The notes below the pieces were generated by a model. The model was not told the DNA's origin. It saw only the letters and a list, made by a program, of their open reading frames with translations, and did not search any database. Of a DNA stretch of 64,000 bases, positions 23,941 to 35,806 are shown one piece after another (position 1 is the first letter of the stretch; every line of letters starts with the position of its first letter). The DNA is from Podarcis muralis. Lineage: Eukaryota. Location of the stretch: positions 36,580,001 to 36,644,000 of the forward strand of contig NC_135656.1 in assembly GCF_964188315.1 (NCBI RefSeq), written 5' to 3'. The translations under genes were made by a program, and so were the position numbers.

Positions 23941-24924
23941 AGGGTTCCTGTGCTTCATGGAGGAAATACACAAATCCAATGATATTCTTATACCACTGTT
24001 TGATTATTCCAGTGTGGTTCATACCAGAGCAAGTACATTTCAAATGCAATCAACACATTAAAATACATCAAAATCCATGATATACTTCCTTGCCATTGTA
24101 TATGTACTCCAAGACAATTGTAACTTGGTGAATGTTTGCTTTGCTTGTCAGGTAGCTGTTAATGGCACAGGAGTCTTCCCAGGGCGGGGAAACAGCAACT
24201 GGTGTTCAGGGTCATGTAGATAACAACCTAGAGATTCGAAATGCCTCTGAATATTGATTCAATAAGCAAGTTGTAAGATGCACATGTTCGCCATAAAGTT
24301 GTCAGTGTTATGAGGATAGAATAAAACTGTGGACTGAATGAGATTCTTTCCTAATCCTGAAGTATTGGGATATCCAGAAATTCAGTTCCTGGTTGCAGAT
24401 CTGTGTTTTGTGCTACAAAATATGTGTCACATAACTGTGTCAGTTTGCTTTTCAGCAGGCTCTAACCCCTGCTGCTGTGTAAATGAAAATGTGTGGTACC
24501 TTCTTTAAAAGGAGTCTATGACAGCGGAATGATAAGTTTAACGAGTATTAGCATTATGCAATAGGAACTAATTCTCTGCCCTCTAACCTCATCATAAGGT
24601 CTCTTGTGCATTATCAAAAGACAGAAAATAAAAGGCAATAGGTGTAGCTTCAGGGTGACTCACCAGGTCACCCCAGTGTTTAAAGGGCAGGGTTTTGTTT
24701 TTTAAAAATGGTAGAGTCAGCATAAAATGGTAGGGTCAGCATTTTTTTTAAAAAGCGGGGTCAGCATAAAACATGGCAGATGACACCTTATCTTCATGCA
24801 ATGTAGTGCCTGAGTGTATCGGTGCATTTACTCCCAACTCACCCTTGAGTTAATGGGAACTGATATTCAACCATTGTGCTAAAGGCTCTTAGTACAGACA
24901 CATTATGTGATGGAAGCTGATAAC

Positions 24925-25020
24925 CTCTACAATGCACTCCACAGCATGTTTACTCAGAGGTAACTCCCAGGGAATTCAATGGGACTTACACCGAGGTGCA
25001 TGTACACTGGGATTGCAGCC
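24925..25020. repeat. Ancient palindromic reptile repeat
   Basis: gtttactcagaggtaactcccagggaattcaatgggacttacaccgag...gattgcagc. Weaker relatives near 27715 and 43995. Confidence 0.4.
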
Positions 25021-25065
25021 TAAATGGTAGATATACTGAATCATTTATATTATTTATGTTGTGAA

Positions 25066-25119
25066 AATAGAATAGAATAGAATAGAATAGAATAGAATAG
25101 AATAGAATAGAATAGAATA
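25066..25119. repeat. (AATAG)10+ pentanucleotide repeat
   Basis: Read directly from the sequence. Confidence 0.98.
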
Positions 25120-25195
25120 TACAATATTATATATAGCACTAGACATACTCAGAGTAAACCTGTTGAAGTTAATCAACGTGAACAGGGATTTTTTA

Positions 25196-25379
25196 TAGTG
25201 GTACCTCGGGTTAAGAACTTAATTCATTCTGGAGGCCTGATCTTAACCTGAAACTGTTCTTAACCTGAGGTACCGCACGATTTCTGTTCTCGTCCAGAAG
25301 CAAAGTTCTTAACCCAAGGTACTGTTTCTGGGTTAGCAGAGTCTGTAACCTGAAGCATCTGTAACCTGAGGTACCACTG
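25196..25379 (+). mobile_element. Tigger/pogo-like MITE, internally deleted
   Basis: TA|tagtggtacctc...gaggtaccactg|TA, same family as 31334, 40467 and 49478. Confidence 0.85.
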
Positions 25380-25620
25380 TACTCATTTGGACCACGCACA
25401 CCCCAAGTGCACAAAAGTGTCACTTAGCTGGATGCAGCCTGCTGGAAAGTATTACGTTATTCAAGCAATACTGCACACCCCACTATGATCCTTTTCACTA
25501 TAAAATCAATTATTGCCTTTCGACTTCACACACCTGTCTGAACGCTTTTCTGCTGCCTCCTGAGGACCACTGCAGAATGTCCTTACCATCCTTTCCTCTT
25601 GCTTTTTTGTTTGGCTGCAG

Positions 25621-25765
25621 TGATGGGTGCTCTGGAGTCCAGAGGGGTGCTGCGGAAGATGAGTGACATGCTGGAGATGATGGTGAAGAGGATGGATGTG
25701 CTAGCCAGGCTGGAGAATAGCACGGACTTCCGGAAAGGGGAGGAGACACATTTCCCTATGGACAG
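25621..25765 (+). CDS. MGAT5B: MGAT5B internal coding exon (about exon 3), 145 nt, phase 1 in / phase 2 out
   Basis: Acceptor tttggctgcag| and donor |gttagt. Encodes (V)MGALESRGVLRKMSDMLEMMVKRMDVLARLENSTDFRKGEETHFPMD(R), matching the recalled human VMGGPESRGVLRKMSDLLELMVKRMDALARLENSS. Confidence 0.95.
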
Positions 25766-27414
25766 GTTAGTAGTACCAGTAGATATGAAACATTGGCCTG
25801 AAGCATTCATTGATACAGGTTCCTCTTTTCCTGGATCCAAGAAGTGGGTGAGACCCAGATCTGCATATGGAGTTCATATGGACTTATTACTCCAGCTGTT
25901 GCATGCTCCGATTCCTCAGCTCTTTGATTCTGATGGCATATTATGGGTTCAGGAATATAGCTTAATTCAGGAGTGGTCAATTTGTGGCCCTACTGGCGTT
26001 CTTGGGCTACAACTTCCACAATCTCTTACTGTTGGCTGTTCTTGTTGGGGCTAATGGGAGCTGGAGGCAGTGGCATGTGGTGAAATTTTTCAAAGGAGAA
26101 CAGTTAGGGCCAGAGCCACCTGCTTGCGAGGGTGGGGCAGGGAGGGTCACAGAAGTGAACATCTCACCTCCCTCCTTAAACCAGACAGAAGCTTCCTGGG
26201 CTTTGGGAAGGAGGCAGGAGAGCTCTTGGACCCATTAGAGCATTGTGCCTCCCTCTCTAAGCCGGGCAGAAGCTTTCCGGGCTTTGGGAAGGAGGTTCCA
26301 GGGGAACATTTAGGGGATTAGCCTAGTCCCTCTAGTCCACTGACTGCACACCGCTGGCTAGAGGCCAATAACACCTGGAAGACCATCGATTCCCTGTCCC
26401 TGGCTTAAATTGTTAGATGGGTTGCTATTTTTTAACTGGAGAACCAGACATTACCTTCATGGTTAATGGTCCACCCTGCTTAGCAAGCAAGGTTTCAGTA
26501 TTGCTCCCTGCAAGTGATGGAGAAGGGCCAAGAGCACTGGTGAGTGGTGCAACAGCTACTGTATCATTAATGTTAATTGTAAGGTCTATTTCTCCAGTGG
26601 GCAACTCTCTTCAATAGCACTAGGTTTTCAATTGTGGGTTTTCCTATTGCCATTTAGTATTAGAGAGTGGAGGGTTTTGAGCTTCAATCACAGGCTTGAT
26701 CTTGAGCAATCCAGTTAAATAAATTATTTATCCGGGGGAATCTGATCCAAGAATCAGCAGCGGACTGTGTGGGTAGGGAGGTAAATACCCTTTAATAAGT
26801 TACTATCAAACAGCATCTCCATAAGGAATGGAATCAGAAATTCTGTAGGCACCATAAAATGACTAATTACCTCCACATAAATGATTGGTTTTAAAATAAT
26901 GACTGGAAGTGCAACTCAGTTTTTACTAAGGCTAACAACGTCAGTTAATTTGTATGATGGATTGACTGCGTGTTTTGAAATGTAGAGCTTTTAATTTGAT
27001 TTCAACTTGATCTAGCTCTTGAGAGTGTGCATGGTTAGTTTCTGATGACTGTGCAATTGTTAACAATGGAAACAACATTTTTTAAAGAACAAAAAAGTTG
27101 GGCACTGTCATGGAACAAAGTTAATATCCAAAGTAATTAACACCACAATCATCTAGTAACAAACAAACAAACTCCCTCCCCTCTCTTTCTCGCTCATTAT
27201 CCACTTCAAAGTATTTTGTGTATTCAGACAATAAATTTCCCTTGCTTACTTAGGCTGTGAACAAACAGTGGCTCCAATCTGAAGAAAGTTAGTTGGGCTG
27301 AAGTGACCTCAATAAAATTAATGGGTCTTTCTTTTTTCACAACTATCCTGTCATACTCAATTTCACTGGAATTTAAATGAAGCAAAAACCTTTCCAGGTG
27401 GGAGGTCAACAGGC

Positions 27415-27573
27415 CAGTGGCAGACTTTGGGCTCTCAAATTTTAGCCTGTGAAATGCTAGAATATGGCACCCCGTGTCTCTTATGCTCCACTCTACATCG
27501 TTGTTGCAGCGCCCCCTGCAGCTCTGGTACCTGGTGCTGCTGAACTGGCCATGCTACCCTAAAACTGCCTCTG
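27415..27573. mobile_element. Degenerate hAT-like element with CAGTGGC-type termini
   Basis: cagtggcagactt / aaaactgcctctg, flanked by aacaggc/aataggc. Confidence 0.45.
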
Positions 27574-28034
27574 AATAGGCTTTCAGAGACTTAGAGGTGA
27601 TACTCATGCTAATTTCCTGTCTTTCCAAGGTCTCAGGTGATACAGATTTTGCAGGTTTTTGTAGCTCTTCAAGCCTCACTCTGGAATAACTCAAACCAGC
27701 CAGGATGACAACACAATCCTGTGCAAGTCTAATAAGACGTAAACCCCACTGGAATCATTCCCTGGTAAAAGTGTATGGAATTGCTCCTGAATGTGCATAT
27801 TATATGCAGAATATCAAATGCTCTTGCTGTCGGCTATAGAATATAGGTTAGGAATGACTGAAGGTCAAATATTAATACAATCAATCACCAAATAGATATT
27901 AAATAACATGCATAGTCTATCAAATATTGGAAGTCAAAATTGACTTCAGGCGTTGAGACATTGAATATTTAGCAGCTATTGGACATCAATAACGTATGAG
28001 AAGGTTTTATGAAGTTAATGCATTTTGGTTGTAG

Positions 28035-28061
<27 letters not shown>
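28035..28061. repeat. (CA)n microsatellite
   Basis: Read directly from the sequence. Confidence 0.97.
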
Positions 28062-28065
<4 letters not shown>

Positions 28066-28554
28066 AGTGCTGAAAATTGCATTGCTGTATGATACAATAC
28101 AGCACCATTGAGAGCTCCAAAGGTGCTAAGCCGCTTTTTATCTGGACTATGCAGCTGAAATCGATGGTGGTGCCCAGTCTTGCTCCTTCCCAATTATCTT
28201 ATTTTCTTTTCCCTGCAGGGGTTGTAGTACAGAGAGATATCTGCACACCATTACTTCTTCTAAGCCCCAATAAGAAGCAAAGGACTTAATAAGCCCCTGG
28301 TCTTTGGCTTCATTCCAGTTCAATGGTCCAAGCCTGCTTTTGAAAGAGAGAGCTGCCAATTTCCTCTATAATGCAGCAGCAATCTGCTTTGAAGTTAAGC
28401 TTTGATTAAGTTAGTAGCAAATAACTGGGTGGCAGAGTATTCAGTTGACTGCAGGTTTGCTTTGGCAAATTCTTCTCCTCCTCCTCCTCACCCCACTAGC
28501 CACACTTTTCTCCATCTGAAAGCTTGTTGGCCCCTAGATCAAAGGTCTCCTTGG

Positions 28555-28773
28555 CAGGGGCGCCAGCTCTGGGGGCAGAGGAACTTTAGACCCCCAAAGT
28601 TTTAAGGAGGAGCTCAGCCCTCTCAATATCCAGCAGCAATCTCACAATGTCATGCAACATCACGTGTTGGACGTCACGATGTCGTGCTTGTGACGTCATG
28701 ATGTTGTGTGATATCAGGGTGCTGTGCATGTGACGTCAGCCCTCTCAATCATGAGTGCAAGCCAGCACCAACA
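28555..28773. mobile_element. Degenerate hAT-like element with a CpG/CRE-rich interior
   Basis: caggggcgccagct left end, flanks ctccttgg/ctccctgg, right end decayed. Confidence 0.45.
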
Positions 28774-28934
28774 CTCCCTGGCATGATTTTTTTTCTCTTC
28801 TAATCTTTGAAAGGGATACAGACATTCAGGCCACCAGAAATGTTATGACCTGTAAATGGGTTAAGTGAGTTATCTATATGAGAAGTCAAAGCTAGCTCAG
28901 GATAATCATATAGGGCACTTCATACAGTGGTAGA

Positions 28935-29284
28935 GGGACGCAGGTGGTGCTGTGGGTTAAACCACAGAGCCTAGGACTTGCCCATCAGAAGGTCAGCAGT
29001 TTGAATCCCCACGATGGGGTGAGCTCCCGTTGCTCAGTCCCTGCTCCTGCCAACCTAGCAGTTTGAAAGCATGAAGTGCAAGTAGATAAATAGGCACCGG
29101 TCCAGTGGGAAGGTAAACGGCGTTTCTGTGCGCTGCTCTGGTTTGCCAGAAGTGGCGTAGTCATGCTGGCCACATGACCCAGAAGCTGTACGCCAGCTCC
29201 CTCAGCCAATAAAGCGAGATGAGCACCGGAACCCTAGAGTCGGTCACGACTGGACCTAATGGTCAGGGGTCCCTTTACCCTTTT
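28935..29284 (+). mobile_element. Sauria SINE, full length
   Basis: gggacgcaggtggtgctgtgggttaaaccacagagcc...ggtcaggggtccctttacc, with TSD atacagtggtaga (28922-28934, 29285-29297). Confidence 0.93.
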
Positions 29285-30129
29285 ATACAGTGGTAGAGAG
29301 ACAAATGAAGTGGCATATTCAAATTCACAGATCACGTAGATTTGTGGAAAAATAGGGTGTTTATTTCCATCTCTAAACTCAGATGCACTTGACCAAATAG
29401 TAACAATAATAATCTTGAAGTAAATGCAGGCATTTGAAACCTCTGGATTTATTAGTTAAATGGTTTTCAGCTGATTTGAAACAAGTTTGCTTTGTTACAA
29501 AGGCATTACAGAACGGCTATGAACATTTTTAAAATTCTCAAGGATGTAAGGGACTATTAGGGTGCAAGGCCTAGAAACAGATGGGGCTGGATGCTGTTGG
29601 CAGGATTTTCAGTTTATTGATCAACTGCTCGAGTGGGTGCACGGATGTTTGTTTGCTTGTTTGCGAAATTTCTATACTGCTTTTCAGTTGGGTGTCTGAA
29701 AGTGGGGTGCCAAGCCAGTCAAATAAAATTAATTAAAATCCATGACCACGTTTAAACAGCAAAAATCAATATATAAAACATTGAAACAGCCAAGAACATC
29801 AGAAAAAGAAATGGCAGACAACAAAGCTTACTCCCAAATGCTGTTTGTGTGAAAGGATGGCATGTGAATGTGTAAGAACAGCTGCTTGATATTCCCAAGT
29901 CATGGGTTCAGGATCCAGTGGGATCTAGCCTGCTGCCTATGATGGCTATCTAGGGAGAGCAGCTCCTTACCTACATGCTATGGATACGCCTGTATGCAAA
30001 GTGCATAAGGAATCCAGGGTATTCTTCAGGTCTCTTCTGACAAATAGTTTCACTGAATTTGGCACTTCTCCCAGAAATCGGATGTCTTTGTTTTCTTTGT
30101 TACCTTTTTATCCTAGATAACTGGAGTTC

Positions 30130-30812
30130 AGGGTAAGGAGAGACGAATATGCCAACTTTGGTTTTCCTCAGTTTCTCATTTTTCCAATCTTAAATTCATT
30201 TCTCCATGTTTCTGCAGCAATCCTCAGTTCTTTTTTAAAAAGCTCACCATGAAAATTCAGCAGCAATTTAGTGTGAATTTCTCTGAAGAAGCTCACTTTG
30301 GTATATAGTTGTGACTAATGTACCCAGTGCTCCCCGCCCCCCCAGGGGGTACTCAAGGGTAAGGAAAACTACATGAAGGTCTTCTATCGCTGGTATATAA
30401 CTGAAACTGAAACTGAAACTTTATACTGTGATTTTACTTTAAGAAAGCATTTCTGTTGTTAAAAACCAATAAAGATGTATTGGGTGGGAGGGGGGAAGGG
30501 TACGCAGTAGAGGCACCTCTTTTTGTTGTTGTTTAAAAGTGTGGCACTTACCGTAACAACTTCATGGTGACTACCAGAACCTATTTTTCTAGAAGAAAAG
30601 CACTGAACATACCATAATATTTTTGTATATTATCTTCACGAATATATGCAGTTATATGCACACTTTCCCCTGATAAACACCTTTTTTTTTGAACACATTG
30701 GTTTTGTTTGAGAACTGCATTCTAAAATCTGAAATGCGAAGGTGGCTGTGTTTCAGTTCACATATTGGTTTGAGACGTTTGAATTAGGTAGTTTCTCATT
30801 CAAATATACTGC
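30130..30812 (-). mobile_element. Squamate interspersed repeat (unclassified, DNA-transposon-like), split by the insert at 30325
   Basis: Shares ctacctaattc...aaacacagcca with 43730-43870 in the opposite orientation. Confidence 0.5.
30325..30605. mobile_element. hAT-type non-autonomous element, 281 bp, nested
   Basis: cagtgct...agcactg termini and 8-bp TSD aatgtacc/aacatacc. Confidence 0.75.
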
Positions 30813-30814
30813 CC

Positions 30815-30920
30815 CCCTCCCCATTTTATCCTCACTTCAACCCTGTAAAGTAGGTTGGCTTAGATGTTGACTGGACCAAGGTCACCCAGGGAGCTTCTTG
30901 ACTGAGTGGGAATTTGACAG
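30815..30920 (-). mobile_element. MIR/Squam3-like CORE SINE fragment
   Basis: cattttatcctcac...aaccctgtaaagtagg...ccaaggtcacccag. Confidence 0.55.
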
Positions 30921-31021
30921 TTGCATTTGTGGCTTATTATGCCCGTCACGATGTAATAACAAGTAGGAATGTCTTGTTACCAGAGCAGAAACCACTGCAC
31001 CTGCTACCACAGTGCTCCCTT

Positions 31022-31245
31022 CAGTGGCGGAGCTTCATGCTCTGGCACCGGGGGGCGGAGAGCAGGCGGGGGCAGGGCTGGCACACATCGTGAGGGTGTG
31101 GTGTGCTGCCCACAAAGGCGTGGCACACGTCCTGGGGGCATGGCACCCAGAGCGGGTGGGAGGGGCAGCCGTGATGGCACCCCACTGGGATCGTGCTGCC
31201 GGGGGCAGTGCGCCCCCCCCCCACATTCCTCTTCCTCTGCCAGTA
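31022..31245. mobile_element. GC-rich hAT-like non-autonomous element, 224 bp
   Basis: cagtggcggag / ctctgccagta termini and perfect 8-bp TSD gctccctt (31014-31021, 31246-31253). Confidence 0.8.
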
Positions 31246-31333
31246 GCTCCCTTAGCTTAATTGAACCCTGCTGCAGGAGAGAAAGGCCACATTTGTGCTG
31301 CCTAGACAAAATGGCTGCTTAGTGTTTCTAAAA

Positions 31334-31575
31334 CAGTGGTACCTTGGGTTAAGTACTTAATTCGTTCCGGAGGCCCGTTCTTAACCTGAAACTGTTCTTA
31401 ACCTGAAGCACCACTTTAGCTAATGGGGCGTCCTGCTGCCGCCGCATCGCCGGAGCATGATTTCTGTTCTCATCCTGAAGCAAAGTTCTTAACCTGAAGC
31501 ACGATTTCTGGGTTAGCGGAGTCTGTAATCTGAAGCGTATGTAACCTGAAGTGTATGTAACCCGAGGTACCACTG
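31334..31575 (+). mobile_element. Tigger/pogo-like MITE
   Basis: cagtggtacc...ggtaccactg|TA with 16-bp subterminal repeats. Confidence 0.9.
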
Positions 31576-31886
31576 TACTGCTTGGGATAAATGCAGATAC
31601 ACTTGTTACTTATAAGCCAGAAGAAAAGAAGAAGAGCTGACCCCTTGATTCCCTGATTAATTCTAGGCCAGGAGTGCTCTAGGGAAGTGCCTCCAACACA
31701 GGATGCATCTTTCTGCTCACCTGAACAACGCTCAGTTAAGTGGTGATAGCTAAAGGAATATCTGTTTGGACAGATAGTTCTCCCTGTTCTCCTCTCTCAT
31801 CTGCCCTTGGTAATTAATGCCCAGTCTTGGCAGTGTTGATCCCAAATTGGAAAATAGCTAAGCCTTATAGGAAACATTCCAGCTCT

Positions 31887-31888
<2 letters not shown>

Positions 31889-31933
<45 letters not shown>
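31889..31933. repeat. (AG)n microsatellite
   Basis: Read directly from the sequence. Confidence 0.98.
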
Positions 31934-31936
<3 letters not shown>

Positions 31937-32893
31937 CAGTCTTCCCATGATGGGGCTTTGTGTCAGACACTGCCCATCCTAAGGAAATGCTGTCGATGTC
32001 CTTTAATGTCAAGAGAGAAGCACCCTGTCTTTTTAGCCCAGTAATTAAGTCTTAGGACCAGCTCTGCAAATTAATGTAATGCTTGAGCCAAAGTGGAATA
32101 GTCAAATTCTCTTGTAGTTCCTTTTGCCTAAATTGCTTGTTCTGCCAATGCATTCCTCTTTCTGTGTTTAAGGTACTTCGTTGGCAAACATTCTAGTCTG
32201 GTATGATGCAATTAAAAAGCAAGAGCAACCCTGAGTGCCTACATGTTCTATAAAAAGCCATAGTGAGGATGGCTGACGGTCAGGAACGATGGGAGCTGCA
32301 GTCCAGTCATCACTGGATGGCACCACATCCCCCACCTGCGCTCTATAAACATTGCTGGCCAGAGTAGAAGAGGGGACTGGGAAATTGGAATGACTCTATT
32401 CCAAAAGCAAGAGGAGAACCCACCCACAGTCTACCCTCTTAAGCCATTAGGAGGGACTCTCTGCCTTTGGATCGGGGGGGGGGGGAGATAGGATATAAGT
32501 GGCTGGTGGCAAATACCAAGAAAAACCTAGAGGAAGTCCCAATGTGCATTAACCCATGTAAAAGAGGGTGGGGCAAAGTGTCAAACTCCTGTAGACAACT
32601 GGTTCATGACCAGGGAAAGAGGAGTCATGAACCCAGCCTCCTGATTCCCAGAACCAGAGCTCTGCCATTACACAGAGTGCCAGGTTTCCAGGGACAATAC
32701 TTGCCAGGTGGTGCAAAGCTACTATCCTGAATTGAATTCATACTCCTGAACCTAGTTCCTGCTTTGAGTTTCTGGTCAAGGCATCCTAGTGACTTGGAGT
32801 TGCAGTGGCTTGGAACAGATCTCCACTTCAGGACTAGATGGAGGACTGTTCAGCTCTTTCCTAGGCTTTGTCAGTCAAGCTCGCTTGCTCTTT

Positions 32894-33152
32894 CAGTGTG
32901 TACCTCTGGTTACAGGTGCTTCAGGTTACAGATGCTTCAGGTTACATACGCTTCAGATTACAGACTCCACTAACCCAGAAATAGTACCTCGGGTTAAGAA
33001 CTTTGCTTCAGGATGAGAACAGAAATCATGCTCTGGTGGCACGGCGGCAGCGGGAGGCCCCATTAGCTAAAGTGGTGCTTCAGGTTAAGAACAGTTTCAG
33101 GTTAAGAACGGACCTCCAGAATGAATTAAGGTCTTGACCCGAGGTACCACTG
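32894..33152 (-). mobile_element. Tigger/pogo-like MITE
   Basis: Reverse-oriented copy of the 31334 family. Confidence 0.88.
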
Positions 33153-34400
33153 TATTGCTGTTTTTTTGGTAGGCTGGGTGATGTGAGTTTACCCTCACCC
33201 ACGGTATATAGTTATTTGGACATATATATATATAGTTATGTGGGACATAAATAAGACAGCTTTGCCGTGTGTGTGTGTGTGCATGCGCATATGTATGACA
33301 TATTCCATCCTTGCTGTGATTTAACTTCTCTTTCACCTCTCCCGTTCCCCGGAACCAGGAGAACTGAGACTGGCAAGCACTTTTTAATTCTTCAGATGTT
33401 TAGGTGCAAGCAGATGCAATAAAAAGGTGTTAATTTCAAGGCAAACCTCATTTGAGGTTTCTAATTAATAGCACTGGCATGTTGTTTTCTTGTTCGGGGC
33501 TTCTGGAACACACCATCTGCAGCACCACTTTTATCCAAATTGTTTTTTTGAAGAAGTCTCTGCTACTTAAACGCAGATCCCAAATCAAATTAGAAGAGCT
33601 CGCTTTCAACACCCCTTCATGAAGAAGAATGAGAATGGAACCTCTAGGTGTTCCGTAGAGTGCCTGGGCAATCCATCACTTCGCTCAGATGCAGCTACTT
33701 CTTCCTGGGTGGAAACATGACAGCAATCCCCAGGCAACAGCAGCAACAGGGCACAGCAGGGGCTTCTGGGCCAGTGAGTGGTGAAGAATGGCTGCTGTTG
33801 CATCAAAATGAGGAGAGGGAGCTAGAGTAGAGACAGCATGTCCCCGTTCATTCATTATCCATGCTGAAATCGCGACAGGATGTCAGGGGTAGTTGGCAGC
33901 GGACTACAATGACTTCAGAAGCTGCCAACAGTGCTAGAGTTTGGCCCCGACAAAGATTCCCAAATAGATGCATCTAGAGCCGCCACATTGTTTCCTTGGT
34001 CCTGTGCCTTTAACAGCATAAAATTGCAAGGGAAGCTTTTCTTGGCACAGAGATAAAGCGAAGAATAATGCTTAGTTCACTTGTTTAATTTCTGCAGGTC
34101 AGACACAGTAGAAGAGCTGCATATAAAAGGAAGGGAAAGTGGCGATCCTGTGCTTGCCACGTTCATGGAAGAATTAGTAATTGTGTGGGTTTTTGTAAAA
34201 CGTATGCAGGCATTTCAGGGCAGGGGGATGAACCATGACATATGAAGGAAGGGGGATTTACTTCTTAGCCCCCACTATAGTTCCAATGCAGAATGGGGCC
34301 CCCACATGTGTAATTGGCAATGGGAGAGAAGCTTTTGTTGTCACTGGCCTCTTTCAAGGTTCTGCAGCTCCTTGAAAGCTCTGAGCACAGGTCTCTATTA

Positions 34401-34631
34401 CAGTGGTACCTCAGGTTACATACGCTTCAGGTTACATACGCTTCAGCTTACAGAGTCTGCTAACCCAGAAATAGTACCTCGGGTTAAGAACTTTGGTTCA
34501 GGATGAGAACAGAAATCGTGCTCCGGCAGCAGGAGGCCCCATTAGCTAAAGTGGTGCTTCAGGTTAAGAACAGTTTCAGGTTAAGAATGGACCTCCGGAA
34601 TGAATTAAGTACTTAACCCAAGGTACCACTG
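34401..34631 (-). mobile_element. Tigger/pogo-like MITE
   Basis: TA|cagtggtacctc...aggtaccactg|TA. Confidence 0.9.
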
Positions 34632-35753
34632 TAGTCTGTTGCTGTTGTTTTGTTTTATTTTTTAAAATGACAAAGTAATATACTTCTCTGTACCTGAGGA
34701 GTTCTCTGAGTCCAGCCTTATTTGATTCCCAAACTGAAAACCAAATTTGGCTATTCTAAGTGGTTATCAGAGATGATGATGATGCTTTGATACACATTAT
34801 AGTCACTTAGGGTTCATCCACATCCCGGTTGTCCCATGTCCGTTGCCTGTTTTTAATTTTTTGAAATGTTGGTCACATAAACCACACACCTTATATTAGG
34901 ATCATGACTGCTTCATATTTTATTTTCCCCACACAGCAATTAATATCAGTATGACAGAGGAATGAATGTGTGATTTTGCTGTGGCATATGAAGTGCCATT
35001 CTCCCATGAGTACACATCTCAGGAGCCGATGAGTCTCCATGAATGAGATGTTTAAGTGCGGAACTTCCCTTTGTAGTGTTAAAAGTTAAAGTGAATTGCA
35101 TTCAAGAGTTTTAAGTCAAGTACCATATAGTTTAATTGATGGGTGGACCGGAGCCACATAGAGATTTTCTGCTTCCATGGAACTGCACTGACATTATTGA
35201 TTCCCAGCCTAGATTATGTCCCAAAGTAGGTTATACTTCACAACATCTGAACATTATTCATCAATCATGCACACGATGCAAAAGTATATGCATAAATCCT
35301 CACATATAAAAATCTTCATTCTCCAAACATCCCTGGCAGAGATATTGCTTCTATTTCTAATTTACATATTGCAGCATGCCACCTCAATCTCTGAGCGGTG
35401 CGAGATTCCAGGGGTTACAGATGCTTAGCCAGGGTTCAATTTCCTTCAGAATGAGGGACAGCAGAGGCTGTGGTGTCTTTATGAACCTAGGTGGAGGAGA
35501 GGGGAAATTGTTCTGTCTGGCAAGCTGAAATGCTTGTGCTGACAGAAAGATCTTAACATACATTGAGTTCCCCCTGAGAAACCTCTGGGTAAGGCCAAAC
35601 CTCAGTTCATTGATCCACAACACTTTTTTACAAGATGCACTATTAACGTTTCATGTTAAAAATAATTTGGGGCTTCATCTTGAAAATTATTGCGGGATTG
35701 TTGTTTTTTCATACTTACGATGGTTCCTTAATTTCCCACTAAACCTCACTTTC

Positions 35754-35806
35754 TCCTTCCTTCCTTCCTTCCTTCCTTCCTTCCTTCCTTCCTTCCTTCC
35801 TTCCTT
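35754..35806. repeat. (TTCC)n tetranucleotide repeat
   Basis: Read directly from the sequence. Confidence 0.98.

Noticed and set aside
25196-25379. Repeated taacctgaag units as a CRISPR-like array
   Set aside because: These are MITE subterminal repeats without unique spacers, in a vertebrate context with no cas genes.
1-25620. MGAT5B exon 2 (transmembrane, LFVLGIGFFTLCFLM...) and the start exon
   Set aside because: No matching sequence found by eye in any frame. Presumably upstream of the window.
25599-26054. 151-aa ORF as a single-exon protein (likewise 47040, 57645, 62305)
   Set aside because: Homology stops exactly at GT donors. The extensions are intron read-through.
30969-31322. GC-rich stack of ORFs as a CpG-island promoter or gene
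   Set aside because: Fully explained by the 224-bp hAT-like element bounded by a perfect TSD.
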